This document shows positions 26,694-35,313 of a stretch of 56,275 bases of DNA, piece by piece (within the stretch, counting starts at the first letter, position 1; every line of letters begins with the position of its first letter). Where the stretch lies: NCBI GenBank assembly GCA_038065715.1, contig JBBTQL010000002.1, positions 1 to 56,275 on the forward strand, in the 5' to 3' direction. The position numbers and the translations under genes were made by a program. Source of the stretch: Patescibacteria group bacterium. Its GTDB lineage: Bacteria > Patescibacteriota > Minisyncoccia > Minisyncoccales > Staskawiczbacteraceae. Below the pieces are notes generated by a model. The model was not told the origin of the DNA. It made no database searches and saw only the letters and a program-made list of their open reading frames with translations.

Positions 26694-27004
26694 TCAGTAA
26701 AAATTTAGATGCAGAGCGCTGGCAAAAACTTTCTTTGAGCCAACAACTTGCGAATATCGGTAGCGAGGTTAGTCGCGCTTCGAGTTTGAGGCAAAAAAAA
26801 GATAAAGAAAATATGGATAAGTCCTTTTTCCGCGCAATAGAATTAATTGATTTGACTATTGCCGATAAAAGGTGGAAAAATCGTCTTTCTGAAATTTTTA
26901 AACTGCGTGAGATTGTTTGCGATTTATTTTTTGGAGAAAATGTTTTTAAAACAAACCCAGAATTTTTGAAAAATTATTTTTTATTCTTCGCTTTAAACAT
27001 CTAA
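26681..27004 (+). CDS. Hypothetical 107-aa helical protein
   Basis: Translationally coupled to the upstream ORF. Confidence 0.5.
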   Translation: MENIVSKNLDAERWQKLSLSQQLANIGSEVSRASSLRQKKDKENMDKSFFRAIELIDLTIADKRWKNRLSEIFKLREIVCDLFFGENVFKTNPEFLKNYFLFFALNI

Positions 27005-27060
27005 TTCAAGTTCCGCAAGAACAAGTAATGTGGAAAGTTGTCGGCCAAGGCTGGAAATAA
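27001..27060 (+). repeat. 60-bp direct repeat, copy 2 (orphan copy of the protease gene 3' end, still encoding IQVPQEQVMWKVVGQGWK-stop)
   Basis: See copy 1. Confidence 0.9.
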
Positions 27061-27109
27061 AAATTTATTAAAATAAAAAAACGCTAAATCTTTTAATATT
27101 AATAAAAAT

Positions 27110-27553
27110 ATGGCAGAATCATTAAAATTCAATGACGAAAATGAAAATAAGGAAAAAGTAGAAAGGCCAGTTATTTATTCTGCATTTTTTGTTGACGACC
27201 CAGAAAAGTTAAAACAAAAATATCCACCCGTTTTTCCAAAGGAATTTTATCATCACTCCACAATTGAATATAGGCCTAAGAATGGAAAACAGGGATTAGA
27301 AGTCGGTAAAAAAGTACAATTAGAAATTATTGGAAGAGTTACAAGTGATAAAGTAGATGCATTATTGGTTGTAAATTAAAAATCCGAGAAGGGAAATCCG
27401 CACATCACACTTTCAACCGCAGAAGGGACTAAATCAAACGCGAGTAACTCTGAAATTGAAAAAGCAGTCAAGAAAGATGCTGTTGAAAAATTACAAGATT
27501 TTGTTGAAGCCACCGAAGGATATTTTGACGGAACAAACGATATTAAAGAATAA
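27110..27553 (+). pseudogene. 2H-phosphoesterase-family gene interrupted by an in-frame TAA at 27377-27379
   Basis: The first H-x-T/S motif (HHSTIEY) lies before the stop. The second (PHITLS) lies 8 codons after it in the same frame. The frame continues to the TAA at 27551-27553. Confidence 0.6.
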
Positions 27554-27576
27554 ACTTTTAGATAGTTCTTTCAAAT

Positions 27577-27613
27577 AAAAAAGCCGTTATCAAACAATAA
27601 AGTTGACAACGGC
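27577..27613 (-). terminator. Intrinsic terminator of GC-rich cassette 2
   Basis: Minus strand: GCCGTTGTC ... GATAACGGC hairpin followed by UUUUUU. Confidence 0.7.
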
Positions 27614-27641
27614 TCTGAAAATCACTCAGCGTTGTTCCAGC

Positions 27642-28271
27642 CTACGCCGGTACAATTTGGACAGTGCCACCCCTGACGCACAGTTGGCGTTTGGGGACGA
27701 TGGGCACAGGCCCTTCGCCAATGCGATTTCCCTGGTCATCCTTTTCCCACCGCTTGATGAGTTCGCCATTTGGCTGGACGATCGTATCGCGGGCCGCGAG
27801 GTTCACGCTCAAGGCGCGTTGGTCTTGGACTTCCTCGTCCTTAAAAAAGAACGGGTTGTCGAAGACACGGACTCGCCACATCGCATTTTCAGCCATGTTC
27901 TGTAAAGCGAAGCGAATCTCGTCACGCACCGAACGGAATTCGTCGCTGAGCTCCGCGGACTCGCGGCGGCAGAAGACAAAGCGAACCATGTGATAAGTCC
28001 GTCTCTGCCGGGGATCCTTCGGGTCAATGCGCTCTTTGTAGGACGCGTCAACCAATTCGAATCCCGCCTGCTCGAGCCCGAGAGGGAACTCTACGAGTCC
28101 ACACCCCGGCGTTGGCTCAATAACGAGCACGCCGTTTGAGTGGGTCTTCCGTTCCTTGTGCTCCGCAGGCGACTCCTTCTCTGTCCGCTTCACCACCTCC
28201 GGAATCGCGGCAGGGTTGGTGAAAGAAAACTGCACCACAACCATTCTAACACACTCGCGCAAGGTCACCAT
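27642..28271 (-). CDS. Orphan protein (209 aa) of GC-rich cassette 2
   Basis: GC-rich ORF with SD GAGGAG 7 nt upstream of the ATG. No motif recognised. Confidence 0.7.
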   Translation of the reverse strand: MVTLRECVRMVVVQFSFTNPAAIPEVVKRTEKESPAEHKERKTHSNGVLVIEPTPGCGLVEFPLGLEQAGFELVDASYKERIDPKDPRQRRTYHMVRFVFCRRESAELSDEFRSVRDEIRFALQNMAENAMWRVRVFDNPFFFKDEEVQDQRALSVNLAARDTIVQPNGELIKRWEKDDQGNRIGEGPVPIVPKRQLCVRGGTVQIVPA

Positions 28272-28316
28272 TGCTGGTCTCCTCGGGAAAAGGAAAAAGT
28301 GAAGTGTATTATATTA

Positions 28317-28345
28317 AGTATAGCATATATAAATAATCTTGTCAA
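28317..28345 (-). promoter_or_regulatory. Sigma70-type promoter of cassette 2
   Basis: Minus strand: TTGACA (28345-28340), a 17-nt spacer, TATACT (28322-28317), then TAATATA. This is the same 13-mer TATACTTAATATA seen at 18795-18783. Confidence 0.7.
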
Positions 28346-28491
28346 GAGCAACATCAATAATTAAAAACATAATAAAATTAATTAAAAATAAATAATAAAT
28401 AAAGAAACGGAATATTCTTCTATTTAGATAATGAATAATTATATATTAATCTAAATATCAGAATGATTTACTCGTTTCACTTATAAATCAT

Positions 28492-30414
28492 ATGAGTAAA
28501 ATTTTAGGAATTGATTTAGGTACGACATTTTCGGCGATGGCGGTGGTAGAAAGCGGCGAGGCGAAAATTATAGAAAATAAAGAGGGGGCAAGAACTACGC
28601 CTTCAATTGTTGCAATGTCAAAATCTGGCGAGCGGGTTGTTGGCGTGCTTGCAAAAAGGCAGGCTGTAACAAATCCGCGCAACACAATTTTTTCTGTTAA
28701 AAGATTAATTGGCAGAAAATTTACCGACGTAGAAGTTCAAAGGGATAAAAAGTTATTGCCTTACGAAATTAGAGAATCAGCTGACGGCGGAGTTGATGTA
28801 AAAATGGGCGATAAATGGTTAAATCCAGCAGAAATTTCGGCAATGATTTTGCAAAAATTAAAAGCAGATGCTGAAGCCAAACTTGGCGAAACAATTACAG
28901 AGGCAATTATTACCTGTCCGGCATATTTTGACGATGCGCAAAGAAAAGCAACAAAAGTTGCAGGCGAAATTGCAGGTTTTAATGTAAAAAGGGTTATTAA
29001 CGAGCCAACAGCCGCGGCTTTGGCTTATGGATTAAATAAAAAGAAAGACGAAAAAATTGTTGTTTATGACTTCGGAGGCGGAACATTTGACGTTACCGCT
29101 ATGGAAATTGTTATGTCTGAGGGCGACGACAAAGAATCGCAGGGCAGTATTGAAGTAAAAGCAACCGGAGGCGACACTCATTTAGGCGGCGACGATTTTG
29201 ACCAAAAAATTATAGACTGGGTGGTTGCTGAATTCAAAAAAGATAACGGAGTTGACTTAGCAAAAGACAATTTGGCTTTGCAGAGAATAAAAGAATCAGC
29301 AGAAAAAGCAAAAATTGAACTGTCTTCAAGTATGGAAACAGAAATAAATTTGCCGTTTGTAACTTCTGACCAATCGGGACCAAAACATTTGCTTTTAAAA
29401 TTAACAAGGGCTAATTTAGAATCAATGGTTCACAGCTATATTGAAAAGTCTATTGAACTGGTAAAAAGCACATTAAAAGAAGCTGGGTTAAAAGCATCAG
29501 AAATTAATGAAATAGTTTTGGTTGGAGGTCAGACAAGAATGCCAAAAATTCAGGAAGAAGTTAAAAAACTTTTTGGCAAAGAGCCTAATAAAGAAGTAAA
29601 TCCCGACGAAGTTGTGGCAATTGGCGCTGCAATACAAGGAGGAATTTTGTCGGGAACTGCAGGTAAAAACGTGTTGTTGTTAGACGTTACTCCGCTTTCT
29701 TTGGGTATTGAAACTTTTGGAGGAGTTGATACAATTTTAATTTCAAAAAATACAACTGTGCCAACTGCAAAAACACAAGTGTTTTCAACCGCAGCCGATA
29801 ATCAAACGCAGGTTGAAATTCATGTTTTGCAGGGCGAGAGGCCAATGGCGCAAGACAATAAAACTTTGGGCAAATTTATTTTAGACGGCATACCGCCAGC
29901 ACCAAGAGGTTTGCCGCAAGTTGAGGTTTCTTTTGACATTGATGCTAATGGCATATTAAATGTTTCAGCAAAAGACAAGGCTACTGGAAAATCGCAGTCA
30001 ATTAAAATTGAAGGTTCTGCCGGGCTTTCAAAAGATGAAATTGAAAAAATGAAAAAAGAGGCAGAAATTCATGCAGAAGAAGACAAAAAGAAACAAGGAT
30101 TAATTGAAGCAAAAAATATTGCCGACGCTTTGGTTTATACTTGTGAAAAAACTTTAAAAGAAAACGAGGCAAGAGCGTCAGAACCCGCCTTCGCTAAAAG
30201 CTTTCTCGAGGCAAGGGATAAAATAAATGCCTTGAAAGAATCGCAAAAAGGTGATAATATGGAAGAAATTAAAACCAAAACACAGGAGCTGTCAGACGCC
30301 ATACAAAAAATTGGGGCAGAACTTTATAAACAGCAAACTCCGCCAGTTGAAGAAGACAAGCCGAAAGACGGAGAAGAACCAAAAGCGGAGGAGGGAGAAT
30401 ACACTGAGAAGTAA
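28492..30414 (+). CDS. dnaK: Chaperone DnaK (Hsp70)
   Basis: [25 protein letters not shown] and EEDKKK motifs. Confidence 0.97.
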   Translation: MSKILGIDLGTTFSAMAVVESGEAKIIENKEGARTTPSIVAMSKSGERVVGVLAKRQAVTNPRNTIFSVKRLIGRKFTDVEVQRDKKLLPYEIRESADGGVDVKMGDKWLNPAEISAMILQKLKADAEAKLGETITEAIITCPAYFDDAQRKATKVAGEIAGFNVKRVINEPTAAALAYGLNKKKDEKIVVYDFGGGTFDVTAMEIVMSEGDDKESQGSIEVKATGGDTHLGGDDFDQKIIDWVVAEFKKDNGVDLAKDNLALQRIKESAEKAKIELSSSMETEINLPFVTSDQSGPKHLLLKLTRANLESMVHSYIEKSIELVKSTLKEAGLKASEINEIVLVGGQTRMPKIQEEVKKLFGKEPNKEVNPDEVVAIGAAIQGGILSGTAGKNVLLLDVTPLSLGIETFGGVDTILISKNTTVPTAKTQVFSTAADNQTQVEIHVLQGERPMAQDNKTLGKFILDGIPPAPRGLPQVEVSFDIDANGILNVSAKDKATGKSQSIKIEGSAGLSKDEIEKMKKEAEIHAEEDKKKQGLIEAKNIADALVYTCEKTLKENEARASEPAFAKSFLEARDKINALKESQKGDNMEEIKTKTQELSDAIQKIGAELYKQQTPPVEEDKPKDGEEPKAEEGEYTEK

Positions 30415-30505
30415 TTTTATAATTTTTAAATGATATAATTTTTTAAAATTAAGAAATTAAGTCATTATTTAAAAATTAAAAATTGGAAATTAAAAATTTT
30501 CTAAA

Positions 30506-31594
30506 ATGGATTATTACGAAATTCTTGGCGTGGCAAAAGGCGCCACGCAAGATGAAATAAAAAAAGCCTTCCATAAACTGGCTCATAGGTATCATCCTGA
30601 CAAGGGCGGAGACGAAAAAAAATTTAAAGAGATAAATGAAGCTTATCAAGTGCTTTCGGATAAAGAAAAAAGGGCTCAATATGACCAATTTGGCAGACTG
30701 TTTGATGGAGCCGCGCCAGGAGGAAATCAAGGTTTTAATTATAATTGGGCTTGGGGAAACAGAAATCAGGGTCAAAATTTTGAATTTGATTTTGAAGATT
30801 TAGGCGATGTGTTTGAAGACTTTTTTGGATTTGGCGGGCAAAAAAAAGCCAGAAAAGATGTTAAAAAAGGAAAAGACATTCAGGTTGATATAGAAATAGG
30901 GCTTGAAGAAACTTTAAAAGAAACTGTTAAAAATATAACCTTGCACAAAACAGTGGTTTGCCACAGGTGCCAAGGGACAGGAGGGGAGCCTGGAACAAAA
31001 ATTAAAGAATGTTTTTCTTGCCGCGGAACAGGCCAAGTTCAGCAAGTTAAAAAAACATTTTTTGGCTCTTATACAACTATTGGCGTGTGTCCTGAATGCC
31101 AAGGAGAAGGAACAATACCTGAAAAGCCGTGCAATGTTTGCAAAGGCCAGGGAAGAATAAAAACAGAAGACAATATTAAAATAATTATACCGGCTGGCGC
31201 TGATACAAATCAGGCAATAAAAATTGAAGGAAGAGGGGAGGCGGGAAAAAGAGGAGGCAAACCAGGAAATTTATATGCAAAAATATTAGTAAAAAAACAT
31301 CCTGTTTTTGAAAGAAGGGGAGACGATTTATTCACTTTATTGCAGATTAATTTTTCGCAGGCGGCGCTTGGAGACGAAATTGAAGTTGAAACATTGCAAG
31401 GAGCAAAAATTTTATTAATTGTTCCACCCGGCGCCGAATCAGGAAAAATTTTAAGAATATCTGAAAAAGGAATTCCGCATTTTGGAGGCAGGGGAAAAGG
31501 AAATTTGTATATTGAATTAAAAATTACAACGCCAAAGAAATTAACAAAAGAGCAGAAAGAACTGTTAAACAAACTTAAAAAAGAAGGATTATAA
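30506..31594 (+). CDS. dnaJ: Co-chaperone DnaJ
   Basis: J-domain HPD (YHPDK), G/F region and four CxxCxGxG zinc motifs. Confidence 0.96.
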   Translation: MDYYEILGVAKGATQDEIKKAFHKLAHRYHPDKGGDEKKFKEINEAYQVLSDKEKRAQYDQFGRLFDGAAPGGNQGFNYNWAWGNRNQGQNFEFDFEDLGDVFEDFFGFGGQKKARKDVKKGKDIQVDIEIGLEETLKETVKNITLHKTVVCHRCQGTGGEPGTKIKECFSCRGTGQVQQVKKTFFGSYTTIGVCPECQGEGTIPEKPCNVCKGQGRIKTEDNIKIIIPAGADTNQAIKIEGRGEAGKRGGKPGNLYAKILVKKHPVFERRGDDLFTLLQINFSQAALGDEIEVETLQGAKILLIVPPGAESGKILRISEKGIPHFGGRGKGNLYIELKITTPKKLTKEQKELLNKLKKEGL

Positions 31595-31600
31595 AATAAG

Positions 31601-31673
31601 GCTCTCGTAGCTCAACTGGTAGAGCAGTAGCCTTTTAAGCTATTGGTTCTGGGTTCGAGTCCCAGCGAGAGCA
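31601..31673 (+). tRNA. trnK: tRNA-Lys (anticodon UUU)
   Basis: Acceptor GCTCTCG/CGAGAGC, anticodon arm GTAGC-CTTTTAA-GCTAT, T arm CTGGG-TTCGAGT-CCCAG. Confidence 0.92.
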
Positions 31674-31729
31674 CCGTCGTTTTTTGCACCTTTACAATAC
31701 AACCGTTTCTAAAAAGAAATGAGGCCTCT

Positions 31730-32407
31730 ATGACAAGACGCTTTTTATGCCGAGCGATATTTCTTCGCCACGGTCAGAGCGATTATACTGGCGATTTTCC
31801 AGATCTAACGAGTGACGGAGTTGAAAGTATTAAAAAAAGCGCTACCGTAATAGAACCCCTTACCGTTGGCTTTAAAGAAGTGGCTATTGTTTCTTCTCCA
31901 ACGCCAAGAGCGTTTGGGTCTGCTGATATTATTGCAAGAAAACTTGGCTATAAAAAAAGCATTTGCCAAGAGCCGGCTTTGCAGGCAGCAGTTGTCAAAG
32001 ATATGACAATAGCAAGCGTTCTCTTCAAAGAACACGCAAAAAATGGAGATGTAAGAAAATTTTATATGACAGATCCTCGCTATGAGGATTCGCTCATAAT
32101 TGAACCAAGGTCAGAAGTGCGCAGGCGTTTTTTTTGTTATTTTGCAAAGATGATAAGGAGTTTGCTTATAAACTCATCAGCGCCCCTGTGCGTTATACAT
32201 GTATGCCACTACGAAAATTTGTACCATCTTGTAGAATATCTATTTGAATTAGATTTTGCAAAAGATGAACCGTTAGAGTGCGGAGAAATAATAGTAATCT
32301 CCATTTATTATTGTGAAGAACAAAACACAATTGAAGTCAGAGCGTGCTTTAGGGGCAAAAAATCGCCCTTAAGAATTTTTAATTGCATAGAAAAAACATT
32401 CCAATAG
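31730..32407 (+). CDS. Histidine phosphatase superfamily (phosphoglycerate-mutase-like) protein
   Basis: FLRHGQSDY (RHG motif) at the N-terminus. The start is trimmed to the ATG at 31730 because the ORF-track start overlaps tRNA-Lys. Confidence 0.65.
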   Translation: MTRRFLCRAIFLRHGQSDYTGDFPDLTSDGVESIKKSATVIEPLTVGFKEVAIVSSPTPRAFGSADIIARKLGYKKSICQEPALQAAVVKDMTIASVLFKEHAKNGDVRKFYMTDPRYEDSLIIEPRSEVRRRFFCYFAKMIRSLLINSSAPLCVIHVCHYENLYHLVEYLFELDFAKDEPLECGEIIVISIYYCEEQNTIEVRACFRGKKSPLRIFNCIEKTFQ

Positions 32408-32410
32408 CAT

Positions 32411-32446
32411 AGCTTTCGCCATAAACAGGTTGAAAGCTTTTTTTTA
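32411..32446 (+). terminator. Intrinsic terminator (identical copy at 35231-35264)
   Basis: AGCTTTC-...-GAAAGCT hairpin followed by a T-run. Confidence 0.75.
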
Positions 32447-32473
32447 TGATATAATATTATATTATATTATAAT

Positions 32474-33466
32474 ATGAATAATATTATGAATCTTATTGAA
32501 GCTTTCGATAAAAATTTAATAAGCTGGCTGGATGGCCCGCCCGATAAAATTATAGAAACAATCGTTTCTAAATTATATTTTTACGGAGATAAGGTTTACA
32601 AAGTTTATAAATACGAAAAATATTTTTTCGGCGATTTTGGTTTTTTTGATTTCAGAAAAAATTTTTACGAAGATGATTTTGCCTGGAACCATGCAATGGC
32701 GCCAGATGTATATTTAAATTTGAGGGGAGTTGAAATTATTAATAACCAATATAAATTAACTAACCTGTCTAAAGCTGAAGATTTTTATATTGAAATGAAA
32801 AAAATTAATGTTTCAAAAAATTTAACCAATCTTCTTTTAAAAAAACAGGCAAGCAAAAAAGATTTAACAAAAATTACAACTGAAACCATTTTAAGAGTTA
32901 AAAAATTAACTAATGAAAGAAAAAGTAAATCAGAAAATTTATTTAAAAGAAAATTAAAAGATATGCATAAAGAAGACTTAGAAAGCGATAGAAATTTGTT
33001 ATATATGATATCTTCTTATATGCCAAAAGCAAAAACCGATGAAATAATTGATTTTCTTAAAAAAACATCAGAGAAAAATAATTATTTTGAAAAATATGAT
33101 TCAAAAAATTTTTTATTTCTGATTGATAACCATTCTGACAATATAATTTTATTTGAAAATAAAATAGGATTTATAGATGTTCTGCCGCCAAAAGAAAGCT
33201 GGAGAGTAGGAAACCCTTGTTTCATCATTTGCCGTCTTGCCACAGATGTTGCGGTTTTGTTTAACGACGAAAAAGCCGAGTTAATATATAAAACATACGA
33301 AATTTTTAATGGCTCTCTTCCAAAAGACATAAGGGCAATTTATGAAATACGCAGCGCCTTAATTCAGATTTGGTGTTTTTATTCGCAAAAAAAAATACAA
33401 ATAGCTGAAAAATATCTTAAATTTGCGGAAAACAAGGTAACTTATCTAAAAAACCTGCAAATTTGA
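32474..33466 (+). CDS. Hypothetical protein, possibly with a kinase-like (APH/choline-kinase) fold
   Basis: IDNHSDNIILFENKIGFIDV resembles the HxDxxxxN ... xID catalytic segment. This is weak evidence. Confidence 0.4.
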   Translation: MNNIMNLIEAFDKNLISWLDGPPDKIIETIVSKLYFYGDKVYKVYKYEKYFFGDFGFFDFRKNFYEDDFAWNHAMAPDVYLNLRGVEIINNQYKLTNLSKAEDFYIEMKKINVSKNLTNLLLKKQASKKDLTKITTETILRVKKLTNERKSKSENLFKRKLKDMHKEDLESDRNLLYMISSYMPKAKTDEIIDFLKKTSEKNNYFEKYDSKNFLFLIDNHSDNIILFENKIGFIDVLPPKESWRVGNPCFIICRLATDVAVLFNDEKAELIYKTYEIFNGSLPKDIRAIYEIRSALIQIWCFYSQKKIQIAEKYLKFAENKVTYLKNLQI

Positions 33467-33485
33467 TAAATCTAATAAAAAACTA

Positions 33486-33513
33486 TTGACAAATATATAA
33501 AATATACTAATAT
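33486..33513 (+). promoter_or_regulatory. Putative promoter of the IMPase-like cassette
   Basis: TTGACA (33486-33491), a 16-nt spacer, TAATAT (33508-33513). It overlaps TATACTAATATA. Confidence 0.5.
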
Positions 33514-33613
33514 ATGTTTGTTATAGTGTGTCGCTATAACCTGTTTCTATAGGAGATAGAACGCTCTTTGAAAAGTAAAAATGGAATTGAATTCATAGAT
33601 TAGGAGAATGACA

Positions 33614-34480
33614 ATGAGGCAATCAGTCAAAAACATCGGCCTCGAGAGGGCTATTAGGTTTTTACTTCCGCATTTTGTTACTGCGGGTGATCTCGCAAAA
33701 GGTATTCAGCAGTCAATCATCAATGGTGACAAAATTTCTCAGCCGACACAGAAAAGTGGAGATCGTTTTCCTTCAGCACTAACAGACGCGGATCTTTTGG
33801 TGGAAAGTTTTCTGGGAATTCACCTCTACACGATGTTTGACGACATTGTTTTTGAGGGTGAGGAGAAAGAGAACGATCGAATTTCTGCTTACTTTCCTAA
33901 GCAAGCAGAATATTGGGTGACATTAGACCCTATTAACGGAACAGTGTTCTTCCAAGATGGACTCCCATTTTTTGAGATTATTCTCACCATCTGTCACAAC
34001 TGGAGGATCGGTGCCTCGGTGGTTTACATGCCTCACGAGGAAGTGTTCTATATTGGTATTACTGGAAATGGGGCTTTCAAAACCACAGCCGATGCTGTTG
34101 CCAGAGGTATCCCTTGGGAACAATTCCGACTAGGAAATAATCCACAGCATGTAGCTACATATCAAGCTGATAAGGAAACCCTTCAAAATCTTCAGTCCGC
34201 AGGTTTTCGCGCAGTAGGGATCGATCAGTATGATGGTAGTTCAGGATGGAGATATCACCATCATGGATTACTGACTGGTGGAATCTGCGGGTTCGTAAAA
34301 AAAAGGGCTAAGCTCATTGATTGGGGGGCATTTGCTCATATTGTTTCCCTCGCCGGGGGCAAGAATAATGAGCCGGAGTACGATATGGTAACTCTCAGGA
34401 CAGAACTCTTAGTGGTTGGGACAAATCCGGAAATTTACGAACAGATTTTTTCTGCTGTCGTTCCCAAAAAAAAGGAATAG
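33614..34480 (+). CDS. Inositol monophosphatase-family protein (GC-richer paralog-like copy)
   Basis: LTDADLLVE and LDPINGT motifs. SD TAGGAG lies 7 nt upstream of the ATG at 33614; the ORF-track ATG at 33608 is only 1 nt from the SD. Confidence 0.7.
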   Translation: MRQSVKNIGLERAIRFLLPHFVTAGDLAKGIQQSIINGDKISQPTQKSGDRFPSALTDADLLVESFLGIHLYTMFDDIVFEGEEKENDRISAYFPKQAEYWVTLDPINGTVFFQDGLPFFEIILTICHNWRIGASVVYMPHEEVFYIGITGNGAFKTTADAVARGIPWEQFRLGNNPQHVATYQADKETLQNLQSAGFRAVGIDQYDGSSGWRYHHHGLLTGGICGFVKKRAKLIDWGAFAHIVSLAGGKNNEPEYDMVTLRTELLVVGTNPEIYEQIFSAVVPKKKE

Positions 34481-34503
34481 GTTCTTTTTTTTGGAAGAGC
34501 AAT

Positions 34504-34536
34504 ATCCTCAACTTAGTAATGTGTTGAGGATTTTTT
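34504..34536 (+). terminator. Intrinsic terminator
   Basis: ATCCTCAAC ... GTTGAGGAT 9-bp stem followed by TTTTTT. Confidence 0.8.
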
Positions 34537-34654
34537 GTATTTCATTTTTATTAAACCTTAATTTTATTGAATTTTTTTTGTTGGTTATGTTATTTTTATT
34601 TGTAGCACTTACTAATTACTAATAACAACTTTTTCTGCAAGAAAGGAGTTTGCT

Positions 34655-35227
34655 ATGGCAAGACGCCTTTTGTGTCAAGCAATATTTTTTTGTTCTGACC
34701 GAAATCAAAACAGCAATACTGGCGATTTCCCATGTCTTACGAACGACGAAGTTGAAACTATCGGTAAAAACATTGCCGCAATAGAACCCCTTGTTAATAG
34801 TTTTCAAGAAACAATTATTGTTTCTTCTTCTGCAAAAAGCGCGTTTGGATTTGCTGATATTATCGCAAGAAAGCTGGGATACAACAAAAGCATAAAGCAA
34901 GAGCCGAATTTGCAAGCAGGGGATTGTCGCGCGTCGGGAACACACGAACATTTTTTAGCATATTTTGCAAAGATGATAAGGCATTCGTTGATAAGCTTAT
35001 TCCCTCAGTGTATTATTCACGTATGCCACTATGAAAATTTGGGTTGTTTTACAGAGCATCTGTTTGGGTCAGAATTCACAAAAAATAAACCATTAGAATG
35101 CGGAGAAATAATTGTAATCAATGTTTACTATATAGAAGAGCAAAACAGGATTGAAGTTAGAGCGCAATTTAGAGGAGAAAAATCTTCTCTAATAACTTTT
35201 AATTGCAAAGAAAAAGCGTTTCAATAA
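34655..35227 (+). pseudogene. Decayed paralog of the 31730-32407 histidine phosphatase gene (RHG motif lost, internal deletion)
   Basis: It aligns with the 31730 gene at both ends. FLRHGQSDYTG is replaced by FFCSDRNQNSNTG and about 60 codons are missing in the middle. Confidence 0.6.
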
Positions 35228-35230
35228 CAT

Positions 35231-35264
35231 AGCTTTCGCCATAAACAGGTTGAAAGCTTTTTTA
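35231..35264 (+). terminator. Intrinsic terminator, identical to 32411-32446
   Basis: CATAGCTTTCGCCATAAACAGGTTGAAAGCTTTTTT is identical in both copies. Confidence 0.75.
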
Positions 35265-35313
35265 CTATAATGTATATTAGCTCATAACGTTCATTGAAAA
35301 AAAGGAGGCAAAA

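Noticed and set aside
27603-28364. Four overlapping ORFs (27603-27905, 27664-27993, 27809-28051, 28140-28364) around the 209-aa gene.
   Set aside because: They are shadow frames of the GC-rich 27642-28271 gene. Only the latter has a promoter, an SD and a terminator in register.
24260-28491. Canonical CIRCE operator upstream of hrcA or dnaK.
   Set aside because: TTAGCACTC-N9-GAGTGCTAA is not present. Only short AT-rich inverted repeats are seen, and these are too weak to call as features.
7951-32190. Other CTGATGA / TCATCAG occurrences (for example about 7954, 20963, 25594 and 32173 on the minus strand) considered as further hammerheads.
   Set aside because: None has a closed stem II followed by GAAA and a stem III partner with a U-H cleavage site. 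All lie inside conserved coding sequence.
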